A DNA stretch of 64,000 bases from the NCBI RefSeq assembly GCF_009914755.1, contig NC_060934.1; one strand, 5' to 3'. The position numbers were made by a program, and so were the translations under genes. Below are positions 1 to 16,726 of the stretch, piece after piece (position 1 is the first letter of the stretch; each line of letters starts with the position of its first letter). The DNA comes from the human T2T-CHM13v2.0 reference genome, Homo sapiens. The notes under the pieces are model-generated. The model was not told the DNA's origin and searched no databases. It was given only the letters and a program-made list of their open reading frames with translations.

Positions 1-2
1 AG

Positions 3-62
3 ATGGACTGTGAGCACAGCCTGAGTTTGCCCTGTCGAGGTGCTGAGGCCTGGGAGATTGGG
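3..62 (+). CDS. HK1: HK1 erythroid-specific alternative first coding exon (HK-R isoform), MDCEHSLSLPCRGAEAWEIG; 5'UTR lies upstream of the window
   Basis: ATG at 3-5, 20 open codons, consensus donor GGG|GTGAGT at 63-68, phase 0 matching exon 2; peptide recognised as the erythroid HK1 N-terminus. Confidence 0.93.
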
Positions 63-329
63 GTGAGTAGCTGTGGTCCAGGGAAGGTTGGCAAGCTGGG
101 CCTTAGATGAGAGGGGATGCTTGGTCAGGCAGAGGTGAGTGGAGAAGGCAGGGCAAGGAAGGGAATATGAGCGGCGAACAAATGGAGTGGACATGGTGGG
201 GGCAGAGGATGGTGGGAAGTGGCCTTGTTGCGGCCAGAGTGGAGGAAGAGATAAGTGGGAAAGAGTGGAGTCGATTACAGAAGGCCTCGGAAACCAGGCA
301 GAGATGTTTAAATTGGCTCTCTCAGGAAG

Positions 330-580
330 GAGAGGGCCATGAAGGGATTTAGGGAAGGGTCATGACATGATTATGCTGCATTTTAGCAGGATTAATGTGA
401 CCTGGTGCTCAGAATGACTTGGATGGCATGAGGCCAGGAGCCGAGGAGGACAGTTAGAAGACTCTTGTAATATTTCTGGCACAGGGAGATGGACTGGGAG
501 TTGGGAGGTGGCAATAGGTCAGGCCTAGAGACATTTCTCAGGAAATATTGACAGGCCTTGGGGCCTGGTTGCATTCATGG
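330..580 (-). mobile_element. Old L2 LINE fragment
   Basis: Purine-rich degenerate sequence resembling L2 in antisense; recognised by eye, edges approximate. Confidence 0.45.
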
Positions 581-1066
581 AGTGGGGAGGAATGAGTCAC
601 CTTGAGAAGCAGTTTCCCTCTCAAAGGCCAGGGAAGACAAAGCAGAGGCAGCTTTCCTGCCTGCAAACAGGACATTTCAGGGTAACCTGGCTCTTCCAAG
701 CGTCAGCTTCTCCCTGGCTCCAGCTCAGATAGGAGTTGTAACAACGGGTTGGGCATGGGTGATGGCACCGGCTGGTGGCTGGGTTAAGGGCCATGTTTTT
801 GATTATGCATTAGGCTTATTCAGCCTGCCAAGTGCCAGGCCCTGCGCTTGTGTAGGAGACAGAGCAATTAGCAAAACATAGTCCTCCATCCTCAAGGAGT
901 TTCCAGCCCTGTGAGCTTGGCAGATCTGCAGAACTCAAATGAAATGGCAGTTGAGAACAACCATCTTGTTCTCATTCACTCCATTTTGCTTAACGGCCAT
1001 GTAGGTAGTTCCAAATGTTTGATGTGTACCAGAAAATCTCTCTCTTCCTGGTTTATAATTATGATC

Positions 1067-1245
1067 CAGGGCAAATCCAGGTTTTGTTGGGCTTGAAAAT
1101 TAAATAAATTGGCACTCTCTATGGAAAATAATTCAAATATAAATATACAAATATCACACTGCTAGGCCCTCCCAGGGCCTAGAAGGGTAGGAATGAAAGT
1201 GAGAGTCCCTGAAGCTTTAACCGCATTAACTTTTCAGTCAGTTCT
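1067..1245. mobile_element. MER96-like hAT DNA transposon
   Basis: CAGGGCAAATCCAGGTTTTGTTGGGC...GCTAGGCCCTCCCAGGGCC...CCCTGAAGCTT resembles the MER96 consensus as recalled. Confidence 0.45.
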
Positions 1246-2149
1246 ATGATACCTGCCATTCCTTAAGTGTGTATTATGTGCACGTATTTTGCGTACAGTA
1301 TTACACAACAATCAAGGGGAGGTGAGGTGGGCATTAGTGTCTTCATCTTATGGATGAAGACACAGTCTCAGAGGTGATTCAAGATGCCCCTCTGCATAGG
1401 CCCTAAGGCAGGGGGTGGGGACTGTGACCTGGACAGGAAGCTGGGGCCTCAGGACTGCATCTAAGCTCCTCCTTTTCTGTGGGTGATGGTGGCTGTCAGG
1501 CCCCTGAACCTACGTCATCCCTCCCTCTGATTTGACTGTACCTTTGCTAGGCCTGGTCAAGGGCTAGGGACTCCTAAAGTCAAGAGCTAGGGTAGAGGTT
1601 GGGGGTTGGATCTCAGGGCACCATATGGTGCAGACTTGGTTGCAGGAAAGTGACCTATTTAGGCAGAGGGGCTCTATACAACTGGGACCACAGCAAACCC
1701 TAGAGGTGAGCACCTGCTTCAAAGACTCACAGATCCAAGCTGTGATCCTAGATCTACAACTTCCTGGCTGTATAAAGTCCAGCAAGACTGAGGCCTCACT
1801 GAGCTTCAATTTCCTTACCTGTCTAACCAGAATAGCAACAACTTGTTTGTATATTTGAGCTCATTACATGTCATTTTGTAAGGCACTAAAGCTCCTGGAG
1901 GCTTCCGGAACACAGAAATAATTAATCTAAGAATCCTAAAGTGGCTGTCCTGGTAGCACCTCTAGGGAGTCCTCCCATCCTACGTAACTTCCTCTGGGAA
2001 AGTAGAAAACACGGCACCTGGGAAGGGGCGCTGAACCGTGCCCCAAGTCCCAGTGGGCCTGGATGCCCAAGAGCAAGAGGAGGCCCAGAGGATGGGGACA
2101 GGCCACGACCTGTGGCCCAAGTCCCGCCCAGAGGGAGTGCGCCCTGAGG

Positions 2150-3670
2150 GAGAGCCACCGGAGCTGGTGACTCGGGGGCGGGTGCTCTGGGGTGTCGCTT
2201 TGGGTTCAGCAATACAAATCTGCCAGCTGGAGATTAGGCGGGGCACGCCGGGGAGAGGTGATGCACTGCCGCTGAAGACCCAGGTAGGCCGGTGCGTTCG
2301 GCCTGGGTGAGGAAGGCGCGGGACCCGGGTGCGAGGACTGCGTAGCGTCCCCGGCTCCCGCTTCCGCCCGCTTTCCACGCCCACTTCTGCAAGTCCCCTC
2401 CGGCACCTCGGCGTCCACCGGACTCCTAGGGGCGAGCCCTCATTTCCGAGGAATGGGACCGCCTTCGTGCCCCCGGGGCTGCCAGTCCCTAGACTAGCCC
2501 TAGGGGCTTCTCGTCCCGGCGGAGCCGGGCGGTGCCTCCTGCCTGCGCCTCGCACCTCCCCGCCTGGCACGGCCCACCCGGGCACGGCGCCGCCACGCGT
2601 GAAGGCCCGCATCGGCTCCCTACGTGGGGGACGTGCAGGATGATGCGGGGTCGGGGGGGATTTCGCTGCGTCGCCCGCCCCCTTTCCGGCGCAGGAGGGA
2701 GCGGCCGCCGCGTCCCCGCTCCCCGGCCGGGACGCCACCGCCGGGCGTTGCAGAGGCGCGCCGCAACCAATGGGCGTGGAGGAGGTGGGTCGGCTGGCGG
2801 CTGTCACCCTCCAGGGGACGGGAGCGCGGAGACCGGGAGCGCGCGAGCTGTCGCCGCGCCCCGGGCCGAGGGGGAGGAGCCGGGGGAGGAGGAGGAGGAG
2901 GAGCCGCCGAGCAGCCGCCGGAGGACCACGGCTCGCCAGGGCTGCGGAGGACCGACCGTCCCCACGCCTGCCGCCCCGCGACCCCGACCGCCAGCATGAT
3001 CGCCGCGCAGCTCCTGGCCTATTACTTCACGGAGCTGAAGGATGACCAGGTCAAAAAGGTGAGCCCCCGCCCGCGCCGCCGCTGGTCCTGGCCGCAGCCT
3101 TGCGTTCCGGCATCCGCTCGCCGCCTCCGCTGCCTCCATCCTCCGGCGCCCGGCCTTCTCCGGGCCAGCATCGAGTTGGACTGCAGGGCGCAAGGAAAGC
3201 CTTCGCCTTCGATTCTACCGGCATTGTCAGTGTCTCTGTGTGTGTGCGTTTTTGGGAGGGGGGCAATCGGGCGGAAGACCCCCGAGACCGGGCTGCCTGC
3301 TGCAGTGTCCTTGAAACGGGCCCTGGATGTCAGATAGGCCCCCGGGCTGTGCGGGGAGGTGGCCGGTGGGCCCTTCCGCAGGGCCTGTTCGGGAGGGTCC
3401 GAGCGCCGTGGGAGGAGGTGTGATCATGGAGATGCTGGGGAGGTGATCGAGCAGCAGGCGGGGGTGCTGGCTGGAGGCCAGGCCTCCCATATTTGGGGTT
3501 CCTGGCGGAGGGTGTCGGGTGCCCCGGAGAAGCTGTCGCCGGGCTCTCCCAGTTGTTTGAGCTGCTCGTTAATCTGAGGACGAGGTGACCCGCCCGGCTT
3601 CCCGGAACGGGGAGGGGCGGCGAGGCCACCGGAAACTTTGCTCATAGGCCTCGTGTCTGGAGCGGCACGT
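2150..3670. promoter_or_regulatory. HK1: CpG island / ubiquitous TATA-less HK1 promoter
   Basis: Very high GC and CpG density around exon 1; CCAAT box 2767-2771; tandem RCGTG cores 2621-2635; CACGCGTG palindrome 2594-2601; (GGA)6 at 2885-2902. Edges approximate. Confidence 0.92.
2996..3058 (+). CDS. HK1: HK1 exon 1 coding part: mitochondrial (VDAC/porin)-binding N-terminus MIAAQLLAYYFTELKDDQVKK
   Basis: ATG 2996; 63 nt; donor AAG|GTGAGC at 3059; exact HK1 N-terminal peptide. Confidence 0.99.
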
Positions 3671-5724
3671 CTGAATGGAATTTTTTATTCCTCTTAAGCT
3701 GTAATTTCTAGCCAGCACAGGAGCTCAAATAAGCGACTGGTCATTTGAGTTGGGTGGACGCCTGTGGCATGCTTGTTCTAGCACTTGGACGCATGCATCC
3801 TCCTGTCCTGAGGTGTTGTTGCCTTTGACATCTTAGTGTAAAATACTGTCCGCTGGCAGGTCTTAAAGGTGTATTTGTCTCTTCTGCCAGCTGTGCTACC
3901 ATATTTTAAAGAAACAGCCTAAGCTGTAGGGAAAGACGCCCGTTTTATCAGTGCCAGGTCTGGTACAGGCTCCAGGCCCACCCACCCTGAACGTGGTGAC
4001 GTTATTGCTGGGGTTAGCTGGGATGGACTGGCAAAGTCATCTTGACTTTGGCGTTCAGACAGGTGGAGTTCTACAGGTGAAAGGCAGGAGTGACAGGCCT
4101 TGATTTTCTGCCCGGCAAGCCATAGGGTGTTCCATCCTCTTCCTGTGCATCTAAGATGACTCCCTCATCTGGCACCATAGGAAACAGGCCTACTGAGGGC
4201 AGCGACCTTATCAAGGTCACCCAGTGAGTTAGAGGCAGAGCCAGTCAGGGGGATCCAGGTCTCCCAGTGCCTCCACCCAGGAACTTCACCAGGGTCCTCC
4301 TGGAGGTCAGCTTCCAGGAGGGAGTGGGTACTGAGAGACAAAGCCGCTGGGGACCCTGCCGTGATCTTGGATCCCATGGTGGGTGGGGACCGGGAGTGAG
4401 GTAGGTAGGAGATAGGCTTGGGAATGCCATCTGCCATTGCTCTTTATGGCTTTAAGCACTCTGGGGTTGTCAAACCGTGGCACTCGAAACACTTGCTCCT
4501 ATGGAGCACCCTGGAGCTTCCCTCTGGCCACTGACCTGGGAGCTGTGCGTGCGGGTGTGTGCATTTCATGAGTTTTCTCTAGTGGTGTTGTGCATCACTG
4601 ATGTTCTTCCCATTGGACCAGGGAGACAGTTCTCCCGGCATGGCAAGAAGTGCCCAGAACAGGCCTCCTGAAGCCAAGAGTTCACTGTCCTCCTGCACGT
4701 GGTGTCCTTTATAGCTCAAGACAGTGGGCTGCTGGGCTGGGGGGTGCCTGGGTGACCTTGTAAACCTCCAGTGTCCACACCCACCACCACCCACAACAGA
4801 CTGCTGGCTGTTGGCTGCCGGTGGCCTCCAGCAGCTGAGCTGGGCTGAGGTTTGGACTCCATTCAGTGGGACATGTTTTCTCAGACATACAGTGTCTAGG
4901 GTGGGCCCAGAGCTCTCCACTCCTGTGGGTGGCTCAATTCACATCTATGGATGCACAGTCTATCTCCTAGGCCCCCGTAGGTACCTGAGTGTGTGATTCA
5001 GTTGACCCTTCCATCCCTCCTCACTCCGAGTTTGGGATTCTGATGTTCTTCCCTTCTCTTCCCCGAGAACCTTGCTGGAGGAAGGTCTTAAGGCCAAGGT
5101 TTCCACCAGATATTATTTGTCAAGGAGATTCTTAAAAACAAGATGTTTGCTTGCATTTCACCACGGACTTCCTATGCTGCTTTCTATAGGGGAGTACGTG
5201 GATTCCTGCCAGGGGGTCCACTCATTTTGCATAGTGGACTGTGTGGCACAGCCATCTGTGGGTGTGGTCCTGGCTATGATTGCGCCACCGCACTCCAGCC
5301 TGGGCCTTCTAAGGACAGTGACATAGTGGGTACTTGCTCCAGTGACCTACTCAGTTTTGCCCAAGTGTGCAGATGCTGGGGACCACATCTGCTCTTCTGG
5401 GGCCCAGGATTTCTTAGAGACCAGCTCTTTCCACGTACCACTCACCATAGGAAAGGCTAGGTGAAGGTGCGGGACCCCCTGTTCTTCCTGTGGGGCTGGA
5501 CTCTGCCTGCCTCCCAGCAGGGACCTGCTGAGGATGGTTCCCCCCCAGCGTGGGCAGCCATGATGATTCAGCCCTCCAGCTGTAGGCAGCCTCCGGGGCT
5601 CTGGAGACAGACCTGGCATCCCTCAGTAACTCTCATCTATCTTCTTGCCCTCAGAGCCAGAGGTAGGAGAAGGGAAGCTGGGGACCATGCCGGGGAAGTT
5701 TTTGGGATTGCTTAGAATCCAAAC

Positions 5725-6493
5725 GTGATCATGAAAATGGTGTCATTTCTTTCTTCATTGCCTATGAGGCACATCAATAATTCAACTCCATAAAAATATA
5801 TCCTGGGTTGAAACAGTTCAGGTGTCTGACTTCCCAGCTTGGAACCCCATTATCCAGACGGCATCTGCATAAATTGGTTAATGGGTGCTGTTGAAGAGGG
5901 TGTACTGGCATTAGGCTGAGCTAAGCACAAAACACATATATTCCTTTCACTCTTCTAGTGCCTGTAGGAGGAAAGGGAGGCATATGTGTGCTTGTGAAGG
6001 ATTCCATTCATCAGAATCCCAGACATCTGCCAGTTCTGCAGCTAGAGGCTGGGTTCTTTGACCTCTAAGTAACTTTAAACACGCATCTCATCTCGCCAGC
6101 TTCTTCCACTCGGTTTAGCCATTAGGAGCTTGGAGCAGGGTGAAGGATTGCATAGTGCTCTGTTTGTTTAGAAAGGGAAGATGGGTCCAGGAAGGTCAGA
6201 ACTTGGCTTCTAAAGAAAGATTAGACTTCCTTTCCTCCAGGCTTGTCAGAATGGTGAGCAAATGCCAGTGGATTTTCTCTGGGCGAGATCCCCATAACGC
6301 TAAGTGATTTCCACTAGTAGGTGATCATGAAAAGGGTGTCATTTCTTTCCTCATTGCCTTGAGGCACATCAATAATTCAACTCCATAAAAATATATCCTG
6401 GGTTGAAACAGTTCAGGTGTCTGACTTCCCAGTTTGGAACCCCATTATCCAGACGGCATCTGCATAAATTGGTTAATGGGTGCTGTTGAAGAG
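5725..6493 (+). repeat. Pair of ~174-bp direct repeats (5725-5898 and 6321-6493), about 98% identical, 422-bp unique spacer
   Basis: Direct alignment by eye: 3 substitutions and 1 single-base indel. Confidence 0.95.
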
Positions 6494-6657
6494 AGTGTGA
6501 TTTGTCCAATGGCCGAACTCAGGAGTCCTTGAGTACTTGACCCAGGAAGACAGGGGAGAGTAGGCTTAGCAATTAAAGGGTTGCCCAAGGTACATTCCTT
6601 AGAGCCTATGTGTTCCAGCTGCAAAAGCAAGCATTAAAAATAAATAAATAAATAAAA

Positions 6658-7600
<943 letters not shown>

Positions 7601-8089
7601 ATTATGAGAAGTGTCTCATAACCTCTCAATTCTGATGTTGTACAAATATTCAGTGAGAGCTTCTTGGTGAATCTTGACTTTATAATCCCTGCCTTTCCTA
7701 CCTTAGATACTCCTAGGGTTTCTCCCAAGAGAAGCCCCATCACTTTATCTGGTTGGATAGTTTGGGAATGTCATGAAGGAATAAACTGGCAGGCAGGGTG
7801 TCTGTGAGGTGCTTTCACATCTGGCCAAGCTGTGCCATGCTCCCACGCTCCTACTGTTCTCCGGAGAAGACATAGGCAGCTTTCCCCTTACAAGACTGAT
7901 TTGGCATGACTGGGACTGTCTGTGTGTGTCTGCAGTCAGGGATTCCTGGCAGACAGATTTAGCCACTGGAATCACCTCTGAGCATGCCTGAGAAGGTCCA
8001 GGGAAGACATGGATAAAGACAGGGAGCTGTATACCTCTGCATCCAGGAATCAGTTGTGGTCAGACTGCTGGCACCTGCTTATGGATTTG

Positions 8090-8186
8090 TTTTTATTTTT
8101 TTATAGAGACAGGGTCTCACCATATTGCCCAGGCTGGTCTTGAACTCCTGGGCTCAGGCAGTCCTCCCGCCTTGGCCTCCCTAAGT
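8090..8186 (-). mobile_element. Alu left-arm/FLAM fragment
   Basis: GAGACAGGGTCTCACC...GCCTTGGCCTCC antisense Alu sequence. Confidence 0.85.
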
Positions 8187-8291
8187 ATGCTTATTGATTT
8201 GAAAACCCTGAAGATCAAATCTGATCACAGGAGCTCAATCATTTCTTTAAAAAATGTTTGATTTTTTTATTATGTGCAGAGGACTGTGCTA

Positions 8292-8652
<361 letters not shown>

Positions 8653-9059
8653 ATGAAGTATTTGCTGTGTTATATGTGCAAAGCATATGGGCTATGAGGG
8701 CCCACAGCATGGTGTGGTCATACCTTGGGTGGGAAATCCCTAGGCTAGGAACTGCTTACAGCTAGGCTGCAGATGTTAGCTCCTTAAGTGCTTCAGGAAG
8801 CTGCTCCCATCCCCAGTTCTGGGGATGTGTTAGTCTGTTTGGAGTAGCAGGACAGGTGCCCACTGCCTTCTGGCCTAATAAACCTTAACAACGGGATCTT
8901 TTGCAACCACTTAATATACACTGGGTTGTGTTCATTGTATTTGATCTTAAAGAAAAATAGGTAAAAATTTTACAGTTTGATTGGTCTTGATTTCTGGAAA
9001 TAACATTGACTTCTGGTAAACAGTACACATCAGGGATATTATACTTAGAAACTTTGTAA

Positions 9060-10182
<1,123 letters not shown>

Positions 10183-10689
10183 CGCTTTTTTTTTTTTTAA
10201 TGGCTTTTTGTCTCTGGGCATCCTGGAACACTTCGTGAGTGTCATGTCGGGTATGAATTATATATATATGTAATTGAGATTACACTATAAATGTTTCTGC
10301 ACACAACTATACTAACATATGTGTAGGTGTGTGTATGCTTTCATATGCTCTTTCAAAAGCCTCAGCGAGGTTGTCAGTACAGGAAGTATTATTCCCGGGC
10401 TTCCCAGCACGGCTCCCTCCCCAGGGCATCCTGCTGCCTGCCTTGTGTGTTGCAGACAGAAGGCAAGCAATTTATTCCCCATTTAGAAACAGAGACTGAA
10501 GGCCCATCCAGAGGAGATAAAACATTTTTCTAAGGTCGAAAGAAAATCAGGAATAGGATTCAGAGGGCTCTTCTTGCTTCCTCTGTTTCCTTCTTTTAGG
10601 AGAAAAACCTGTCCTTGTTGATTTTAATGTTTTACCTTGGAACCTGTATTTTAATACTGTCCCCTCACAAATCAATACATTTGAGTTAA

Positions 10690-11800
<1,111 letters not shown>

Positions 11801-12676
11801 TGTAATAGATGAGTTTTAGTCTGTTTCCTTCCTCAGTTGTTTCCATTCACATCACAGTATTCGAGCTGTGTTTAAAATTAGCCCATTTCCTGAGTTACCT
11901 TATCAGAGTCCTTGCTTCAGAGTCCCACGGACTGAAGTTGACAGCTCCATGGACTGCTGCTGCTGAGATATCTGCACTGGGGAGGGATAGTTGATGCAGG
12001 GAAAGGCTTAGGATGGCTCTCCATGGCCCCTGGTGCTGTGGGCTGACTCCGTTAAGCTTTTCTGGGAGTTGAAACACACATTTGTGAGCTTTCACTTGCA
12101 CACACTTTCTCTCTTCCCGGGTGGATCCGACCCGGGTAGGGCAGGCTTATCTGTTGCGTAAATGTGCCCAGCTCTGCTCAGAGAAAACTCAAGCCAGCAG
12201 CCTCTCAGACCGTCTTCCGTAAAAGGAGAGGGTGGCTGTACCCACGTGGCAGGGAAAACTGAACCGTGAAGTCGGCGGCTCAGCCCTTTGCACACAGAAG
12301 CTGAGCTGTCCCTGTGCGAGGCAGAAAATGTCGGCTCATGTTCATCTTGAGTCTATGCCTGATTACAGGCTCCAGACTCGGAGACCTCGAGGGTGCCTTA
12401 CAGGGAAGGGGGCATTCAGTGCCTACTAGGCGCCCGGCTTTTCTTTTTCTTAGCAGGGGTCTTATTTAATCATTTCTAGTACTCATATGAACCAAAGCCA
12501 ACATTCATTGTTGTATTCATTGCCATGTACTGTGCTAAAGGCATCGTGAGCCTTTGCTTAGTTCATCCCCACAACGCCCTTGTGAGGTGGGTGTGATTTC
12601 AGACGGTGAGGCCCAGATAGTGAACGATAGAGCCAGCATTCAGCCTCATCAAGGCTGATGGCAGAGCTCCTGCTTT

Positions 12677-13560
<884 letters not shown>

Positions 13561-14600
13561 GAAAACCCCTGCTTTTAATCGATTTAAGGAGGAAGGCATC
13601 AACTCCATTCAGAAATGAGCAAACGAAGGCCCCCCAGGTGGTGAATTGACTTTCTGATGACCACACAACTCATGAATGACAGGGATAGGAACACTACTGC
13701 TGGTCCCCTGATTCAGAAATCCATGTTCTTTCCACCATTACACCCAACTCTCATTGTGCAGTTTAGGGAAACAGATGCAAGGAGGGAAAGACTGGGGTGG
13801 GAGAGGGGTGGAATTGGCTTGGGATCCTCCAGGTTCCCTGCCCCCCATCTCCTGCCCCTCCCCAGCACCAGCATGGTGTCTCCTGCCTGTGCCTGCTGCC
13901 TCACCCCCAGCCCCATTTGCTTAGTGTTGATGAGCCCCTTCCACTTGGGAAGGAAATGGATCCGATAAGGTCGTTAACAGTGAAATGTTAGGAATTTGCC
14001 CTGTTTTTCAAATCTCCCTTTTCATTTGTCTCCCTCTCCCATTCTTGTCTGCATTTAAAAGAGGACCCCCCAGGAGGGCAATGCTTAACCTGCATGAAAA
14101 CCCCCTCAATGCTCCTTGCGATGCCCACTCCTGGCCTCTGCCTGGGGGTACTGTAAGCAGCTGTCGATTCCATCAATTGATTGACACATGGGGCTTGTCT
14201 TCAGCCATGTTATTCACCCAGACCTCATGTCCCTGATGTCTCCTGGTGCCTTCTAGGACCCTGTCTGGGTGGGTGTGGTGAGTGAAGTAGGAGACCCAGG
14301 CTACTGCTGTGATAAAGACACCACCTCACCTTTACAAAGTTCTGTTTCATTTATAAAATACTTGATTTAATCAGATGCTTACTTTAGTTGGATCTTTCCA
14401 TCAAGCTTGGATGTAGGAATTTCTTCCTGCATCTTACATATGGGGCAGGTGAGTCCCAGGAAGTGGAATTCATGTGATCTCGGTGGCCAGAAAGCAGAAG
14501 AGCTAGGATGGGTACACAGACCTCCCTAACGCCAGTGGGCAATTCTTGCAGTACCTGCAGAACCAGAACGGTGGTCCAGGGCTCCAGACTCCAAAGCCAT

Positions 14601-15393
<793 letters not shown>

Positions 15394-15472
15394 GCGTGTT
15401 CTACATTTCAGCGGCCTTCTTCATAGAAACTGTCACCCAAGGCTCTGATAATGGAGATATGTCAGAAATGCT

Positions 15473-16218
15473 GGGGCTGTGTGTCCAGAATAGTAGGCGC
15501 CAGCCATAGGTGGCTGTTGAGCTCTTAAAATGTAGCAAGTCTGATTTGAGATGTGCTGTGGCATATAAACTCCACACAGGTTTTCAAAAATTTCATGTGA
15601 CACAAAGAATATGAAATAGCCCGTTAATAGTTTTCTAATATTGGCTGGGCATGGTGGCTCACACCTGTAATCCTGGCACTTTAGAAGGCTGAGGCCAGAG
15701 GATCACTTGAGCCCAGGAGCTTGAGATCAGCCAGGGCAATATAGCGAGACCTCATCTCTGCAAATAATTAAAAACGTCAGCTGGGCATGGTGGCACACAT
15801 CTATGGTCCCAGCCACTTGGGAGTCTGAGGTGAGAGGATTGCTTGAGCCCAGGAGGTCAAGGCTGCAGTGAGCCATGATTGGAGTGCACTGCACTCCAGC
15901 CTAGGTGATGGAGCCAAGACCTTGTCTCAAAAAAAAAAAAATTTTTTTTCTGATATTGATTAGACATAGAAACAACATTTTGGATATACTGGGTTAAATA
16001 AAATACATTATTTCATTTGGGAGTCTGAGGCAGAAGGATTGCTTTGATTGTTTGAGGCTGCAATGAGCCTTGATTGCACCACTGCACTCCATTCTGGGTG
16101 ACAGAGTGAGATTATCTAAAAAACAAAATTAATTTCATCTGTTCTTTTTAAATGTGGCTAGTAGGAAACTTAAAATTGCATATGTGGCTCATATTATCTT
16201 CCTGTTGGACAGTGCTCT
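15473..16218. mobile_element. MER33-like hAT-Charlie DNA transposon split by sense AluJ (15643-15940) and an Alu fragment (16017-16128)
   Basis: Ends AAATGTGGCTAGTAGG...TATGTGGCTCATATTAT...TTGGACAGTGCT, matching MER33 as recalled. Confidence 0.7.
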
Positions 16219-16406
16219 GCTAGATGGTAAATTCCATGGCTCAGGAGTTTGCACTCTGCATTTAAAGCAGTGGGTTTCTGGGCATCCTTGGGCCTCAGTT
16301 TCCTCATGTGTAAGCCGCAGTTTCCTCATCTGGAATCCATTATCTCGAAAGGACCCATCCAGCTTGAGCAGTATTGTGAGGTGACCATCAAGTTCCCTAG
16401 GCCTCA

Positions 16407-16726
16407 TTTTCTTTCTTTCTTTCTTTCTTTCTTTTTTTCTTTTTTTGAGACAGACTCTTGCTCTGTCATCCAGGCTGGAGTGCACTGGCGCAATCTTGAC
16501 TCACCGCAACCTCTGCCTCCCTGGTTCAAGCGGTTCTCATGCCTCAGCCTCTCTAGTAGCTGGGATTACAGGAGCGCCGCACCACACCCAGCTAACTTTT
16601 TTTTATAGTTTTAGTAGAGACGGGTTTTGCCATGTTGGCCAGGCTGGTCTTGAACTGGCCAAGTGATCCACCCACCTCAGCCTCCCAAAGTGCTGGGATT
16701 ACAGGTGTCAGCCATTGTACCTGGCC
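16407..16726 (-). mobile_element. AluS with (TTTC)n tail
   Basis: Antisense Alu consensus. Confidence 0.92.

Noticed and set aside
1922-3645. Many overlapping long ORFs (e.g. 1980-2807 minus 275 aa; 2624-3337 plus 237 aa; 2770-3045)
   Set aside because: Stop-poor GC-rich CpG-island sequence with low-complexity Pro/Arg/Gly/Ala products; only 2996-3058 is real HK1 coding sequence.
5725-6493. Reading the direct repeats as LTRs of a small retroelement or as snoRNA copies
   Set aside because: No TG..CA termini, TSD, PBS or PPT, and no proper box C (RTGATGA) with a terminal box D.
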